64,000 nucleotides of DNA from Mytilus trossulus (lineage: Eukaryota): assembly GCF_036588685.1 (NCBI RefSeq), contig NC_086382.1, positions 20,336,001-20,400,000 of the forward strand, given 5' to 3'. Of this stretch, positions 12,219 to 25,144 are shown in pieces (within the stretch, counting starts at the first letter, position 1; every line of letters starts with the position of its first letter). The translations under genes were made by a program, and so were the position numbers. Below the pieces are notes generated by a model. That model saw only the letters and a program-made list of their open reading frames with translations. It was not told the origin of the DNA and searched no databases.

Positions 12219-14699
12219 TATACTGAACATCTGAATAATTGGTTAAATGTAATTCGTTCTTGCAAAAGGTAAGTTATATCGCGTTTAATTTAGATTGAAC
12301 AATATGTTTAACTGTAAACAGAAGAAAAATATATGTTAGAATATTGCTTGTCACGCACTTTCAGTTCATCTTCAGCGAAATCAAGATAAATGTAACTTAC
12401 TTTCGTTTTAAAATAGTTACATGATTGATTATTATATATAAAAGGATGGATTTTACATACACATGTCCAATGTTTAGATAGTAATGAACATGCAATGCTT
12501 TCTAAATTATGTTTTTAGAGTGTCTATATACCATTTCATTTCTTTGCAGTACCTATTATGTCTGGGTTTTTTTTATTAAAATTTCAAATATTGTTGAAAG
12601 AACCAAGGACAGTTTCTTCTTGACTTAGTTAAACTATTTCAGTAACGTAATGTGATCTGTGCTTATATCGTCATATTAAACAATGTACTGAAAGGAGTCA
12701 AGTTATAATTGTGGATTTGTTGAAATAATAGTGTCATGTCTTTTTGTGTGTTTAAAATAAAAAGAATACAATGACGATGAGCTGATTTAAAAACCCATAA
12801 ATTTATAACGTGCACTAAAACTGTACATTAACTTTGTTTGGATGATTCAAAACACAGATATCAGGTAGATGAAGCAGTTTGTGAATAACACATCGAATAA
12901 AATAAGCATTTATATACATTTGATTCGAAAAATTGATTTTAACGATGCACAAACTGTTTCTGATCTGAAGATGCAAGAATAAATTTGAATAATTTGATTT
13001 CAATTTAGAAAATTTACATCCTCTTTATAAATTAACATTTCGGTGCATTCACGTTCACATAAATTTTCATTGAAATACATGGGATATCCATCAAAACAGG
13101 ACTTAAAATAAATTGTAAAAATCTTTTCAAAAACACCTTAAAGCGAGACTTATGGTACTGCATCTGAACTCGAAAAAGATTTTTTATTAACTGGATTAAT
13201 GTACCAGCTTACCTGTAAACGGTCTATTGAGATGCAAACATGAAATTAAGACAAAGCACTTTACATTAGAATTACACATATTATTGGTTAAAATCTGCCA
13301 ATCCATTTTTCGACGAAAAGTTAAATAGCTCTCCAGTTGCTTCGGTTCTTATAAATCATTGGCATTTAATTATTTGGCTTTTGAGCATTCTTGATGAAAG
13401 TAAATCCAGAAAAGTGTAATTGTATTGCCTGATTGCACAAGTGTTTATTTCAATAAAATATTCTTCATGCATGCTGATTGGTTGACAACTTTTGAAAACC
13501 CTATGCAATAGTCAGATAATTTACCCCGTGTTACCCACTGTAAACTTTAATGCATTTTTATTGATTATACCTATTTTATAGCGATCAGCGCTGAATTAGG
13601 TAAGAAACTGAACTTATATGATTGTTTGGCCGATTGTAACATTAGGAAATCAACCTTCCAATTATTAACTTATTTCAATTTCGGTGACATCACATAATTA
13701 GTGTAATTCAATCAAGAGAAGGTCCTGGGCATAAAACATCTATCTCATCCTGGGTTGACAATTAATTTTTGAGAGTTTATAAACCGGTATGTCGACTTAC
13801 GATTAGACTTAATTTTTTATTAACAATCATTCTCATGTTTAAAAAAAACCCATCTTTTTGAGTGCAGAATGGAAAAATACAGAAGCAGTTTTGAATTTTC
13901 GGTTTTTGAAAGGTAGAAAAAAAACTGAAATATTTTGAGAATGTGAGGTTTTACATATTAGAAAACAATTCTCATTTGACTTTTTTTACTAAATATATTT
14001 CTGAAAGTTCGATATTTTTACTTCATATTTGAATTTAAGATAAATTTACAAAGGTTTGATAGTTAGTGTGACAACATGCACAAAATCGTGCAAGTAGTCT
14101 TAATATAGAAAGACAAAAACACAACCAAATAACTTATAATTAACCATTTTGTGTAAATTCACTCTTTACAATTTTATTCGAGTACACTAAACATATTACC
14201 TAATTATTTATCTGGAACACTACAGCTGGTAAAACTTCATGTCACACAATACTAGCTTCTTTTCCTTTTTTTATACTAATTGTTTGATTTTACGCATATT
14301 TATTTAATTAAAAAACATTCTTGGTGATTCTTATCAATTACAATTGGTACAAATAACCTTCATATAGCATCTAGTCAAATAGACTTTTCAAAAGGGGGAT
14401 TAATGCACCCGTTTTTAAATGTTAAAAATCAATCGCAAAATGCATCTACTGGATATATTAATTTTCATGGGTACCAATTTTCGTAGATAAAGGAAATCTT
14501 GTATGTTCGTAGATATTTAATTTCATGGTTTTGCCGATGTATGCATTCAAGCCGATAGAAAATGTGTCACTTGTTGAACATTAGATATCGTGGTTTACCT
14601 GTACCCACAAAATTTCCAAAAATTTGTATTCAATGAGTAGGGTATTTTTATATGAAGGACTACTATATATATATAACATTGTCAAGTTTGATTTTTTTC

Positions 14700-15250
14700 T
14701 TCAATCAAAATCGCCTAAATGAGGACTATCTTGCCTTATTTGAAACCCAACTTTAACCCATCCTCCTGCATCATTACCCAACCTTAAAGGATTTTCTGTA
14801 TTTGAAAAATAACAAATTCACTATGGTTCAAAAGACAATTGGTGTAACATAACCTTGATATATCGAAGACTGTCCGAACAATTTGAGAACCAATATTTTT
14901 AAATATAAATGACAATTCTTTTCCATTCTTTTCACACCTATAACCTGATTTACCGTTTTTAATTTGTTCACAGTGGCATAGATAATAACCAATCAACAAA
15001 TCCCAATATATTGAATAAACAAAAAATGATATTCCCCATGTTATTTTGAAAATGATCTACATATGATGAAAGACATTTATATCGAAATGCTGATTTAGTT
15101 GTTGTTGATGATTGCACATTTTCAGTAGTTGATTGCATATTTTATCAGTATCTTCAAACATGTTCAACACTCTATTATAGAAGCAGTTCGACATTCTTCC
15201 ATGATATACCAATACTGAATTCACCTCAAAAGCCAACCAAACATTACTCA
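14700..15250 (-). mobile_element. Possible highly decayed LINE ORF2 remnant
   Basis: Fragment 'IKNGKSG...FKNIGSQIV' resembles the pre-RT 'LK.GK..G.D' region; it is broken by stops and frameshifts. Confidence 0.25.
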
Positions 15251-15639
15251 CACTTATTCGGAAATGATATAGTTACAGTACTTTGTCAGGTCATTAAGGA
15301 TTGCGTATTATTGATGAGTGTCTTTTTTCATCGGAATTAAACACATTTTTTTTAAAACCATTTGATGGTATGATACGGGTTGTGTTCTTTTCATTTATTT
15401 TATCATGATATGATACTAAACCCCTAACGGTAGGGATTGTACTGAATTTTCATATGATTAAGACATAATATTTCAGTCAGTTTAATTGAGGTCTAAAAGC
15501 TTGCATGCCAGTAACTGCTAGTAGTCCTTTGTTAATTTATTATCATTGTCAATTTGCTAAGTTTTGTTTGTTACCTATTCTTACATCGGATTCGGAGTTC
15601 TTTTAAATTCAGTTTTATTGTGCGTATTGCTATATTTTA

Positions 15640-15975
15640 TTTATTCTTCATCAACTAGAGGTATATGAGAGGGTTGATATCTCACAAAAGATGTTCAACT
15701 GCACCGCAGTTTTGTGTCTGTCTGCAGTCAGGAGCCACTGGTATTTGTGAGTCTTATGTGCTTTATTAATTTTAAGTTCATTTAAATGTTTTGGGTTTAG
15801 TGTAACGTCCATTTTTACTGAACTAGTACATAATTTTGTGTAGGGAGTAGCTGAGGACCACCTCTGGGTGCGGGATTTTCTCGATTGCTTGAAAACTCAT
15901 CGGTGGCTTTCATCTGTTGTCTGCTCTTTGGTCGGGTTGTTATCTCTTTAACATATTTCCATTCTCAATTTTATT
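15640..15975 (-). repeat. Dispersed repeat family B (diverged copy)
   Basis: Reverse-complement match to the cleaner copy at 38388-38712. Other copies at ~27335-27675(-), 40905-41215(-), 41628-41805(-) and 44731-44810(+). Confidence 0.75.
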
Positions 15976-16681
15976 AATTCATACTTTCCCCAAGAAGATA
16001 TTCACTGTCTGGATGCATTGTTTCATTGGCACTCATACCACATCTTCTTATATCCATAAAATTTGTAAAATTATATTTTCAACAGAATACCAAATACACA
16101 TAGCCTAAAAACAAAATGTATTTTTATCTGTGCATAAAATGATAATGCAATAGCCAAACAGATAAGCAGAATTAATTAAGCACAAAATATGATTTTTTTC
16201 ACATATATATATATATATATAATAAGATTACAACAAAAAGATAAAAAAAAAAAAAAAGAACATAAGTGTAAGTTAAATGTAATATTGCTTTATAAATGAT
16301 GGTATACTTTATTGTTTAAAAGAACTACATTTTATATATATTTTTATATTATTAATATATATATATATAGTAGTTTGTTTAAATATACTTTTTCACTTTT
16401 TTGGTCTTTTGGAAAATGTTGTTTGTGCTGTTTTTAGACCCTTCTACAACGAAATTTGTTTGACATGCACATGTATAAAAATTGCGGTTTTTATCCAACG
16501 CAATCATAGGTTTGAACGTAGTTTTCAATTTAGACTCGTTTATATTTTTTGTTTGGGCATGTATCATATTTTCCCTCCGGTTTATATGATCCGTTCATCC
16601 TATATTTTCTCTTAAAATTCAAGAGTCAATCTTAAATTGAGAGTAAATTATATGGCCTTCAAAATACCGTTTCGATCCCTA

Positions 16682-16725
16682 ACATCACTGAAGAGACATA
16701 TATTGTCGAAATCTAGATCTGGTGT
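16682..16725 (+). ncRNA. Type I hammerhead ribozyme, copy 1
   Basis: ACAUCA (stem I) - CUGAAGA - GACA UAUAU UGUC (stem II) - GAAA - UC UA GA (palindromic stem III) - UC^ - UGGUGU (stem I'). Predicted cleavage after C16719 (AUC triplet). Confidence 0.9.
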
Positions 16726-17233
16726 ACTAAAGAAATATTGACACCGAATGTTTGTGGCACAACATCGTAGCCACAAGTTAACAATTTTTTTTTCTTTCTG
16801 TGACGTATTAAATTTATATTCAGATCCATTTTGTTATATCTTGTGATCAATTTTATTTGGCAATCGTCATTGGCAGTCAACAGGGTTTAAGAACATCAGT
16901 TGTTCGACCTGTTAGTCAAATGCGTTTTGTTTAAATATACTTTTTCACTTTTTTGGTCTTTTGGAAAATGTTGTTTGTGCTGTTTTTAGACCCTTCGACA
17001 ACGAAATTTGTTTGACATGCACACGTATAAAAATTGCGGTTTTTATCCAACGCAATCATAGGTTTGAACGTAGTTTTCAATTAAGACTCGTTTATATTTT
17101 TTGTTTGGGCATGTATCATATTTCCCCTCCGGTTTATATGATCCGTTCATCCTATATTGTCTCTTAAAATTCAAGAGTCAATCTTAAATTGAGAGTAAAT
17201 TATATGGCCTTCCAAATACCGTTTCGATCCCTA

Positions 17234-17277
17234 ACATCACTGAAGAGACATATATTGTCGAAATCTAGATCTGGTGT
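17234..17277 (+). ncRNA. Type I hammerhead ribozyme, copy 2
   Basis: Identical 44-nt motif to copy 1. Confidence 0.9.
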
Positions 17278-17783
17278 ACTGAAGAAATATTGACACCGAA
17301 TGTTTGTGGCACAACATCGTAGCCACAAGTTAACAATTTTTTTTTTCTGTGACGTATTAAATTTATATTCAGATCCATGTTGTTACATCTTGTGATCAAT
17401 TTTATTTGGCAATCGTCAATGGCAGTCAACAGGGTTTAAGAACATCAGTTGTTCGACCTGTTAGTCAAATGCGTTTTGTTTAAATATACTTTTTCACTTT
17501 TTTTGGTCTTTTGGAAAATGTTGTTTGTGCTGTTTTTAGACCCTTCTACAACGAAATTTGTTTGACATGCACACGTATAAAAATTGCGGTTTTTATCCAA
17601 CGCAATTATAGGTTTGAACGTAGTTTTCAATTTAGACTCGTTTATATTTTTTGTTTGGGCATGTATCATATTTTCCCTCCGGTTTATATGATCCGCTCAT
17701 CCTATATTGTCTCTTAAAATTCAAGAGTCAATCTTAAATTGAGAGTAAATTATATGGCCTTCCAAATACCGTTTCGATCCCTA

Positions 17784-17827
17784 ACATCACTGAAGAGACA
17801 TATATTGTCGAAATCTAGATCTGGTGT
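17784..17827 (+). ncRNA. Type I hammerhead ribozyme, copy 3
   Basis: Identical 44-nt motif to copy 1. Confidence 0.9.
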
Positions 17828-20800
17828 ACTAAAGAAATATTGACACCGAATGTTTGTGGCACAACATCGTAGCCACAAGTTAACAATTTTTTTTTCTTTC
17901 TGTGACGTATTAAATTTATATTCAGATCCATTTTGTTACATCTTGTGATCAATTTTATTTGGCAATCGTCAATGGCAGTCAACAGGGTTTAAGAACATCA
18001 GTTGTTCGACCTGTTAGTCAAATGCGTTGTGTTTAAATATACTTTTTCACTTTTTTGGTCTTTTGGAAAATGTTGTTTGTGCTGTTTTTAGACCCTTCTA
18101 CAACGAAATTTGTTTGACATGCACACGTATAAAAATTGCGGTTTTTATCCAACGCAATCAAAGGGTTGAACGTAGTTTTCAATTTAGACTCGTATATAGT
18201 AGTTGCATATATGTTCTCCAAACTGTATCAAGGTCTTGGAAAAAAGGAAAGACAATACAAATGATGTTAACAAGAAAAGTGCAATATACTATTCGCACGA
18301 GAAACTCACTTTGCACAATGTTATGTCAATACTATAGAAAATTGGTTAGACTAGATTTTTTCATAGAATTTTATCATAGAATGTTTTTAAGGTAAAGAAG
18401 GCAAAATTGTTTACTTAATACAGATATCGATATTTATAACAGTAATTTTACATAACTAAATAAAAATCTATATGCTTCTAAAACAGAAAGATATAAACGC
18501 ATATTTAGAAGAAAAAAAAGAACACTATAGAAACATACTGTCTATTAATTGAATAATTGGCAGTGATAATAAATGAAACACTAACATACAAGGACAGAAA
18601 ATGTAAACTTATAGCAAGAAAAAACAGAAAACTTGTTAAACACAATTTCAAAATTGGAATCGGAATAGATTATTTTCTAACAAATTCTGACATGAAAATA
18701 AGTACAGATATCTTTCCATCAGTAAACATCTGCTCGCACCAGTTTCCTAGTTGCGATTTTACACTCAGATTTTGATCTTTTCCTTCATATTGTTAAGCCA
18801 GATAATCTGCCCTAGTGTGTATGTTCCAAAAGCAGTTAAATATGAGACCAAGTGTCGTAAATTAATTTTTCGGAAAGCTTTATTCATAAAATTTAATTAT
18901 ATTCTCTAAATATATAGGAGCTACAGATGATTTTCCCCCAAATATTTACAATGAATTGAGCTAAGAAAACATGAGATTAGTATAAAGTTTAACTCGTTAA
19001 AGATTTTTGCATGTCATTACGTTTTTATTTTTTTTTAACATTCAATAAACATTTATTTCACAGATGTTCATATATTCTATACTGTTACACCACTGTCCCA
19101 GGTATGGGAAAGGAATAGGATATTTCTAACACGTTAAACCCTGCCACATTCGTGTATGTGCCTATCCAAAGTCAGGAGCCTATAATATTCAACTTATGTC
19201 GTATTCATAAACCAACAGACGTACTTTAATTTCAAGTAATAAATCTTAAATTCATTTGATGAAAGAAAATTAAATTCCCAAATTGAATATCAGTTGCAGA
19301 TAGTTGCCTCAAGGAGATCTTTAATATATTACGTATCAGATCAATATATAGGAAGTTAAATTGTTTTAAATCTGTACCAGTTGAATATTCATTCCGATAT
19401 CCATTTTATTGACCCGATAAGATCTCGTATTAGGACAATTGCACACTGTGTAACTAATATCATGTATAAGTCAACCTTGATGCCGCACAAATAACATAGT
19501 AACGAACGGGCACCGGTAAGGTTATACTTGTTCCCTAACCTATACCGCTAAATGCCCAGTTAAAAAAGAAAAACAAGGAATGGTTAAACAGAAGGATTTT
19601 GACACATATAAGGCACTGCAGTGTGTTTCATACTGGGCCTCACCTCTCGAAAAACCTTATAATCAGCATGTTTTTTTGTGTTTTTTTATCAAATGACAAC
19701 ATACAAATACAAAAAAGTCAGGCTAAAATTTAGGCGTAGATATTTTAATTCAGTCTCGTACTAGTGATATTTCGGCTGTGCTCTAGTATACAACTACATT
19801 TTCAACTTGATATCTCAGTTTGAACATAATATACGAGCAGACGTACTTAAGTTCCATGTAATAATTAAAATAACATTTATATCTGATAAAAAAAATTAAA
19901 TACCCATGTTGAATATGAATCTCAGATAGTCTTGTATGGTTTAAAGAGACATTCAATTACATAACAGAATAATGGGAATTTTCAATTAATAAGTTTTTAA
20001 TGTGTACTAGAAGACTATCATATATTTAAAACGATTTTACATCTGTTGAATGCTGATTTAAAGGACTGTGTTTTATATAAAGATCGAAATAATGAAAGAA
20101 TTAATCCATTTAATCTTATTATTTGTTTTTTTATTATCACATGCACATACTGTTGATGCGGATCTAAACAAATTAAACAAGTAAATATTATTGTTAACGT
20201 ACACCTGGTTAATGTCAAAACCATGAATTACAAATATATATTGTTCATGATGATATAACTTACTTATCTTAAAATAATGACATGCACAACAAAATTTAAA
20301 ACTATAAGAAAATACAAAGAAATGAATAAAAAAACGCAATATAACGAAACGACTAAGATCGGCAGACAAGTTATCATAATATGAATATCAACCCAATAAA
20401 CATATATTATTCACTATAAAACGCTATGGAACGGTAAATCAAATAATGAAATGATGATTCACATACAGATATGTTATATTTGTCTAGAAAAGGACGCAGA
20501 ATTGTTAGAAAAATAGATTGAATTGTTTAATGAATAAACAAATCACATTTAAGTGACAGACATTGCATTACGGTAAACCAAATCATACCTGCTTCTGCAA
20601 GACTCGAAGTGATGACTATAAAATTACTAGCGAAAATAATTGGTTAAATACTTTCGTCAAATGACATCATGAAATCTAATCATCATCTTATATGTTGAAA
20701 CACAATTGTGTCTTTATTCAAGTTGACCACGTGAATGATTCTAATGTGCATATTTTTTGGACTTTTTAAAAAGATTCTAGGTTGGAACAGATGTACTAAA

Positions 20801-22005
20801 ATTCAAATTGTTAAAACTTTAAAAAAGTGATGAAAGAAAATCAAATAGTCATATTGAATATGGATGATCTACGATAGTCTTGTATGTTTTCAACACGTCG
20901 TCTAATGACGTAACAAATCTAAAGATGACAAGATAAATTTACCCACATAACCATATCACAACACATCAGAGATAAATCATGCCGACTTGGTTCGCTGTTT
21001 ACAACATTATCAATATATAAAATTGGAAAAATATCAAATAATTCAGAGCTCACATCTTTTTTACATTCTAATATCGTTCCACAAAAAGGGTCATCATGTT
21101 TGGAACTATCTTTCATTAACATATCAGAATGTGTATACCTCTACTATGTTTGTGAAACGGCCCCAAATAATAAATGTTTCATTTATTCTTATTTTTAAAA
21201 GAATTGATGTAAAATATGAAATTATTTTTTTCTCAATTATACATCTTATATTTCAACAAAGAAGAAAAGATGCAATTTTTTTATATATAAAACTGCAATA
21301 TCAATTAAGTTGGTATACTAAGTAATCATTTTTTTCAATATTTACTTGAAATACATAATGATTCAAGAAAAACGATGACATTGCCTTTTCAATCCTTTTC
21401 AATTTGTATATTTGAATCATAATTTAACGTTATGTATTTCTTCTCAAAGTACAGTCTTGCCTCACACAGAACAGAAACATAGGACAGTTGCAAAAAAATG
21501 CACTAAACAATTTCTTGAATTCTCTTTAAATTATTATTGATCCAAAATCGCTTTACAAATAGATTGTGATTGAATTTATAGTGGCTTGGAAATATTAGAA
21601 AATCAGAGGTTGAAGAGACTTGTTTTTGTTTTAACCGAGTTAAAGAATGATGCAAATACCCCAGTTGTATGATCGAATGTACTGCGAATGCTGAACTGTT
21701 TATAAAAAACGTCAAAGGTAATGGAAATACAGCAATATTTACACTGAAAATAGTTCTGTGTTAACCTTTTTTTACGGAGGCAATTCAGTCTGTTTAATTT
21801 GTATAACTATTTCAACCAAATAATGATGATTTCAAACTCTAGAAATTGATGAATTGTGTTCCTCTTGATTAAAAACAAATTGCACTGAAAATTAACATTC
21901 ATTTAAAAAACTTGTATATCAATATCCCAATTTTATTTTGCAATTTAAGAAAATAATAATAATAAGACTTATATTTTTAAAGTTTATGGTAAATTGTGTT
22001 ATGTA

Positions 22006-24213
22006 TTATATATCTAGTGCAAAAAGCTCATTGTTGTGTAATGATCTTGTAGCAAATTTTGTTTTTGCACATTTTAGTCCATCGTTTGTACGTAGTGGTG
22101 AACCCAATCTATCCTTAATGTCATGGAAAAGATCATGCTTCCTGTTTGAAAAGTCAATTTCTTTGCCAACTCGGACAAAAGCTTTCAGTTTACTTTCCTG
22201 TATTTCCGACGATTCTAACTGATGATAATTTATAACTATGACTTGCCTTTCTTTGTTTGATTTAAAACTATGCCATATGTGTTTCCACTCGACGGTTGTC
22301 CAAGAGGTTTTTTCTGTGTGATATTTCTCACAGAGTATGATTATATAGTTCTTACAGATATTTATTGTATCTATCAACGCGTCTTTTTTTATATCACCAA
22401 AATTGTCATCTCTACATGGTATATAAGTCCTATATCCAAAATTTTGCAAGTATGGGGCCAATGTTGTCATTACCCAGTTCCGAAGTTCATTGTCATTATC
22501 ACCAAAAGATATAAAAACGTCGTATTTGTGATATGGATACACTTTAGAACTTCTCTTACTTATAAACCGTCTCCTTAAAATAAACAGTTCGTAGCGGAAT
22601 GTATACATTACACCACAAATTCCCAAGAGCAGAGCAATCATTATTCCAACTATAATATTAAAGAACTTTAAATTTGTGTCATTATTGCAAAAAATTCCTA
22701 AATCTAAATCAATCGTTGAAACAGATTTATCTCCGATAAGGCAGATAATTTCGGTTGTGTTTTTGCATTGTTCTGCTCGTTTGTTTTTGACCCAGTCTAT
22801 CAGCCATTCATCATTACAATCGCAAGATATGTGTATCTTTCCCAATTTCGTTAAACAGGGGTCAAGTGACTGAAAATCTCGCGGCAGCTCATCCATTTCA
22901 TTGCCAAACAAATCAAGAATTGCGTTGTTGCTTATTGATTCAATGGCATTACTTGAGATTGTATGTATCTGATTGTTCGATAAACTAATGGTATACGATC
23001 TGTTAAAATATTCCCGATATTCTAAAGATTCTATATAGTTACCTCCAAATAGTAAGGTTAAGTTTTCTCCTTCCGGGACATATTGCGGTAGTCTAGTTAA
23101 TCCGACTCCAGTACAATTCACAACTGTTGTCCTGTTTTTCGGTTGATAAAAACAGTGACATTCTTTCGGACATTTATCAGCAGACGTTTTGTTACAAATA
23201 AGCAAATGAAGTTTATCCCCTTTCACAAAATGTTCAGTTATCGATAGTCCACGGTATTCTGGTGGATCCCAACATGTAACATTATAGTAATCACGCCAGA
23301 TTCTTTTAAGCGTATCTTGTGTTAGTTCGAGGAATGGTTCCATTTTGCAATCACAAGTCCATTTCATCTCTTGCAAAGATAATCCGAATTGCATTATTTT
23401 CCCTAGAATTGTAATGTCATCAATTCCTAAGTCTTTGAAGTCAAACCATTGTGTAATATTATTTGCATCTAAATCAACAAACCCACCGTGATATATTTTG
23501 TCAACATTAATTTGAAAATTCTGTTCATTAACTATTTCGACGATTTTGTTTGAAGAAAAATCATAACGACAAAACCGATTTTCTGGAACTAAATTACTAA
23601 AATCAATTTGTGTCATATTGTTCGATGATAAATCGGCCCAAAAAATTGACATCGTTGTTCCCGCCAGTGCGTAAGGCTCTATGATTTTTATCCCATTACT
23701 AATTAATCTTAGCTCTCTTAAAAAAGGTAAATTTTGGAACGTACTATTCCCTATTAACTCAATGGAATTAAAACTCAAGTCAAGTGTATCGAGCATCTGT
23801 AAACATGATATATTGCCAATAGATGAAATTTTATTATTAGTGGCTTCTATTTCTACTAAATTCACAAACTCGCATACATTCTCTGGTAGTTTGGATAAGA
23901 ATCCATTGCTATGTACCAAACGTGCATTAGCAATGGTTGTATTTCCTATCAGTTGAGCTGTACCTCCTCTACGTAAATACTCCAAAACTAAATCATATAT
24001 CGACGAAAAGAGTTTCCAAGAAGGTTCAGCATGGCACGTGCAACATTGGTTTTTAGTTGTAACGTACAGTGTCGGATCTAGTTCACAGCGATCAGAAGGG
24101 CAAAGTAAATCTGTTCTGTTGACAAATGGCGGAATCCAATTTTCCCATGTCAAGAACGTAGCGTAACGAACAAATTGAGCAACGAGCAGAATAATAAACA
24201 AACGTCGACACAT
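22006..24213 (-). CDS. Toll-like receptor paralogue, single exon, 735 aa from the ATG at 24213 (the ORF track starts at an upstream GTG)
   Basis: Colinear with 9893-12100, same 2208-nt length and same LRR/CT/NT/TM/TIR motifs (KYDVFISF, RDDNFG). Signal peptide MCRRLFIILLVAQFVRYA. Confidence 0.95.
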   Translation of the reverse strand: MCRRLFIILLVAQFVRYATFLTWENWIPPFVNRTDLLCPSDRCELDPTLYVTTKNQCCTCHAEPSWKLFSSIYDLVLEYLRRGGTAQLIGNTTIANARLVHSNGFLSKLPENVCEFVNLVEIEATNNKISSIGNISCLQMLDTLDLSFNSIELIGNSTFQNLPFLRELRLISNGIKIIEPYALAGTTMSIFWADLSSNNMTQIDFSNLVPENRFCRYDFSSNKIVEIVNEQNFQINVDKIYHGGFVDLDANNITQWFDFKDLGIDDITILGKIMQFGLSLQEMKWTCDCKMEPFLELTQDTLKRIWRDYYNVTCWDPPEYRGLSITEHFVKGDKLHLLICNKTSADKCPKECHCFYQPKNRTTVVNCTGVGLTRLPQYVPEGENLTLLFGGNYIESLEYREYFNRSYTISLSNNQIHTISSNAIESISNNAILDLFGNEMDELPRDFQSLDPCLTKLGKIHISCDCNDEWLIDWVKNKRAEQCKNTTEIICLIGDKSVSTIDLDLGIFCNNDTNLKFFNIIVGIMIALLLGICGVMYTFRYELFILRRRFISKRSSKVYPYHKYDVFISFGDNDNELRNWVMTTLAPYLQNFGYRTYIPCRDDNFGDIKKDALIDTINICKNYIIILCEKYHTEKTSWTTVEWKHIWHSFKSNKERQVIVINYHQLESSEIQESKLKAFVRVGKEIDFSNRKHDLFHDIKDRLGSPLRTNDGLKCAKTKFATRSLHNNELFALDI

Positions 24214-25144
24214 TGCTAGACTCACATTTACTGTTTAGCTAAATCCATAACTAAACTGTTTTATACTATCCTCGTTCTAAAAGGGAATATTGCATAGTTC
24301 TATTTTAACCAATGAAAATGCGTGATATAATATTAATGACCATTTAAATGCTTACGTATAAACAATGTATAAAAGCATTTTGAAATACCATTAAATATGT
24401 TCTAACAAGGGGTTATTTCTATCAAGATAGCTAATTTATTATAAGCAAATCATTCACAAATCAAATAACAAGTAGTCGACGAGTTAACGTATTTTCCTAT
24501 TCTACCTGGCGATTTCGAGGTATTGGTACTGAGTCAAATATAACCAGGAAGTTGTGTTATTATTTACAAGAAAATCCTCACGGATTGATATAAATAGTTA
24601 ATGTCAACAAGGTTCGGGTTTTAAATTAAATTTTAATGTACCAAAAGTCCATTCGTAATGATTGTATTACGATCAGATGAGCTGTATATTGTGGTTATTA
24701 TTTCACTTTTACATATAATTGTTTGATTTCATTTTTAATCATCATAAAAGTTATAAATTTAAAAGATTAAATGAATTAAAAATATTAATATATACTTGTA
24801 CTTTTATTCATTTATGTGAAAACTTTGAAAAAATCTTATTTGTCAAATAAAGAACCTTTCAAAATATTATAATTATTATTTCACTTAATCATTTTAATAC
24901 TGTCGGATTGAACGACCTTCTCAAAAAGGAAGAACTGTCCATCTTTCATGAACTAATGTCGGTTTTTTTTAAAAATCCGTCGAATATTATTTAAAAAAAA
25001 TGTTGAGTATACTTTTACTTTTAACTTTATTTAGACAATAAGGCCGTGTTCATATTGAGGTTAACTAGTGTGATGCAAATTGAATACTAAACACTTAAAC
25101 TGATCTCTACTATGTTCCCACCGACAAAAACGATATTAACATTT

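Larger units (their letters stand above)
16376..18192 (+). mobile_element. Tandem array of ~551-bp units (3.3 copies), each full unit carrying a hammerhead ribozyme; retrozyme-like or Penelope pLTR-like insertion
   Basis: Periods of 552 and 550 bp with near-identical copies. The same 12-mer TATATAGTAGTT flanks both ends (16364-16375 and 18193-18204). Confidence 0.88.

Noticed and set aside
13383-13416. Hammerhead-like 'ttgatgaaagtaaatccagaaa'
   Set aside because: The core C is mutated, stem II does not pair and there is no stem III or cleavage triplet.
16379-18395. Repeated 62-122-aa ORFs, and the array as a possible CRISPR or coding repeat
   Set aside because: These are by-products of the 551-bp unit. 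There are no unique spacers and the context is eukaryotic.
20919-21122. 67-aa ORF with ordinary amino-acid composition
   Set aside because: No homology recognised and no convincing splice context.
10109-23956. Plus-strand and alternative-frame ORFs overlapping the TLRs; likewise 42462-42773 over the cadherin-fusion gene
   Set aside because: Shadow ORFs of real coding sequence.
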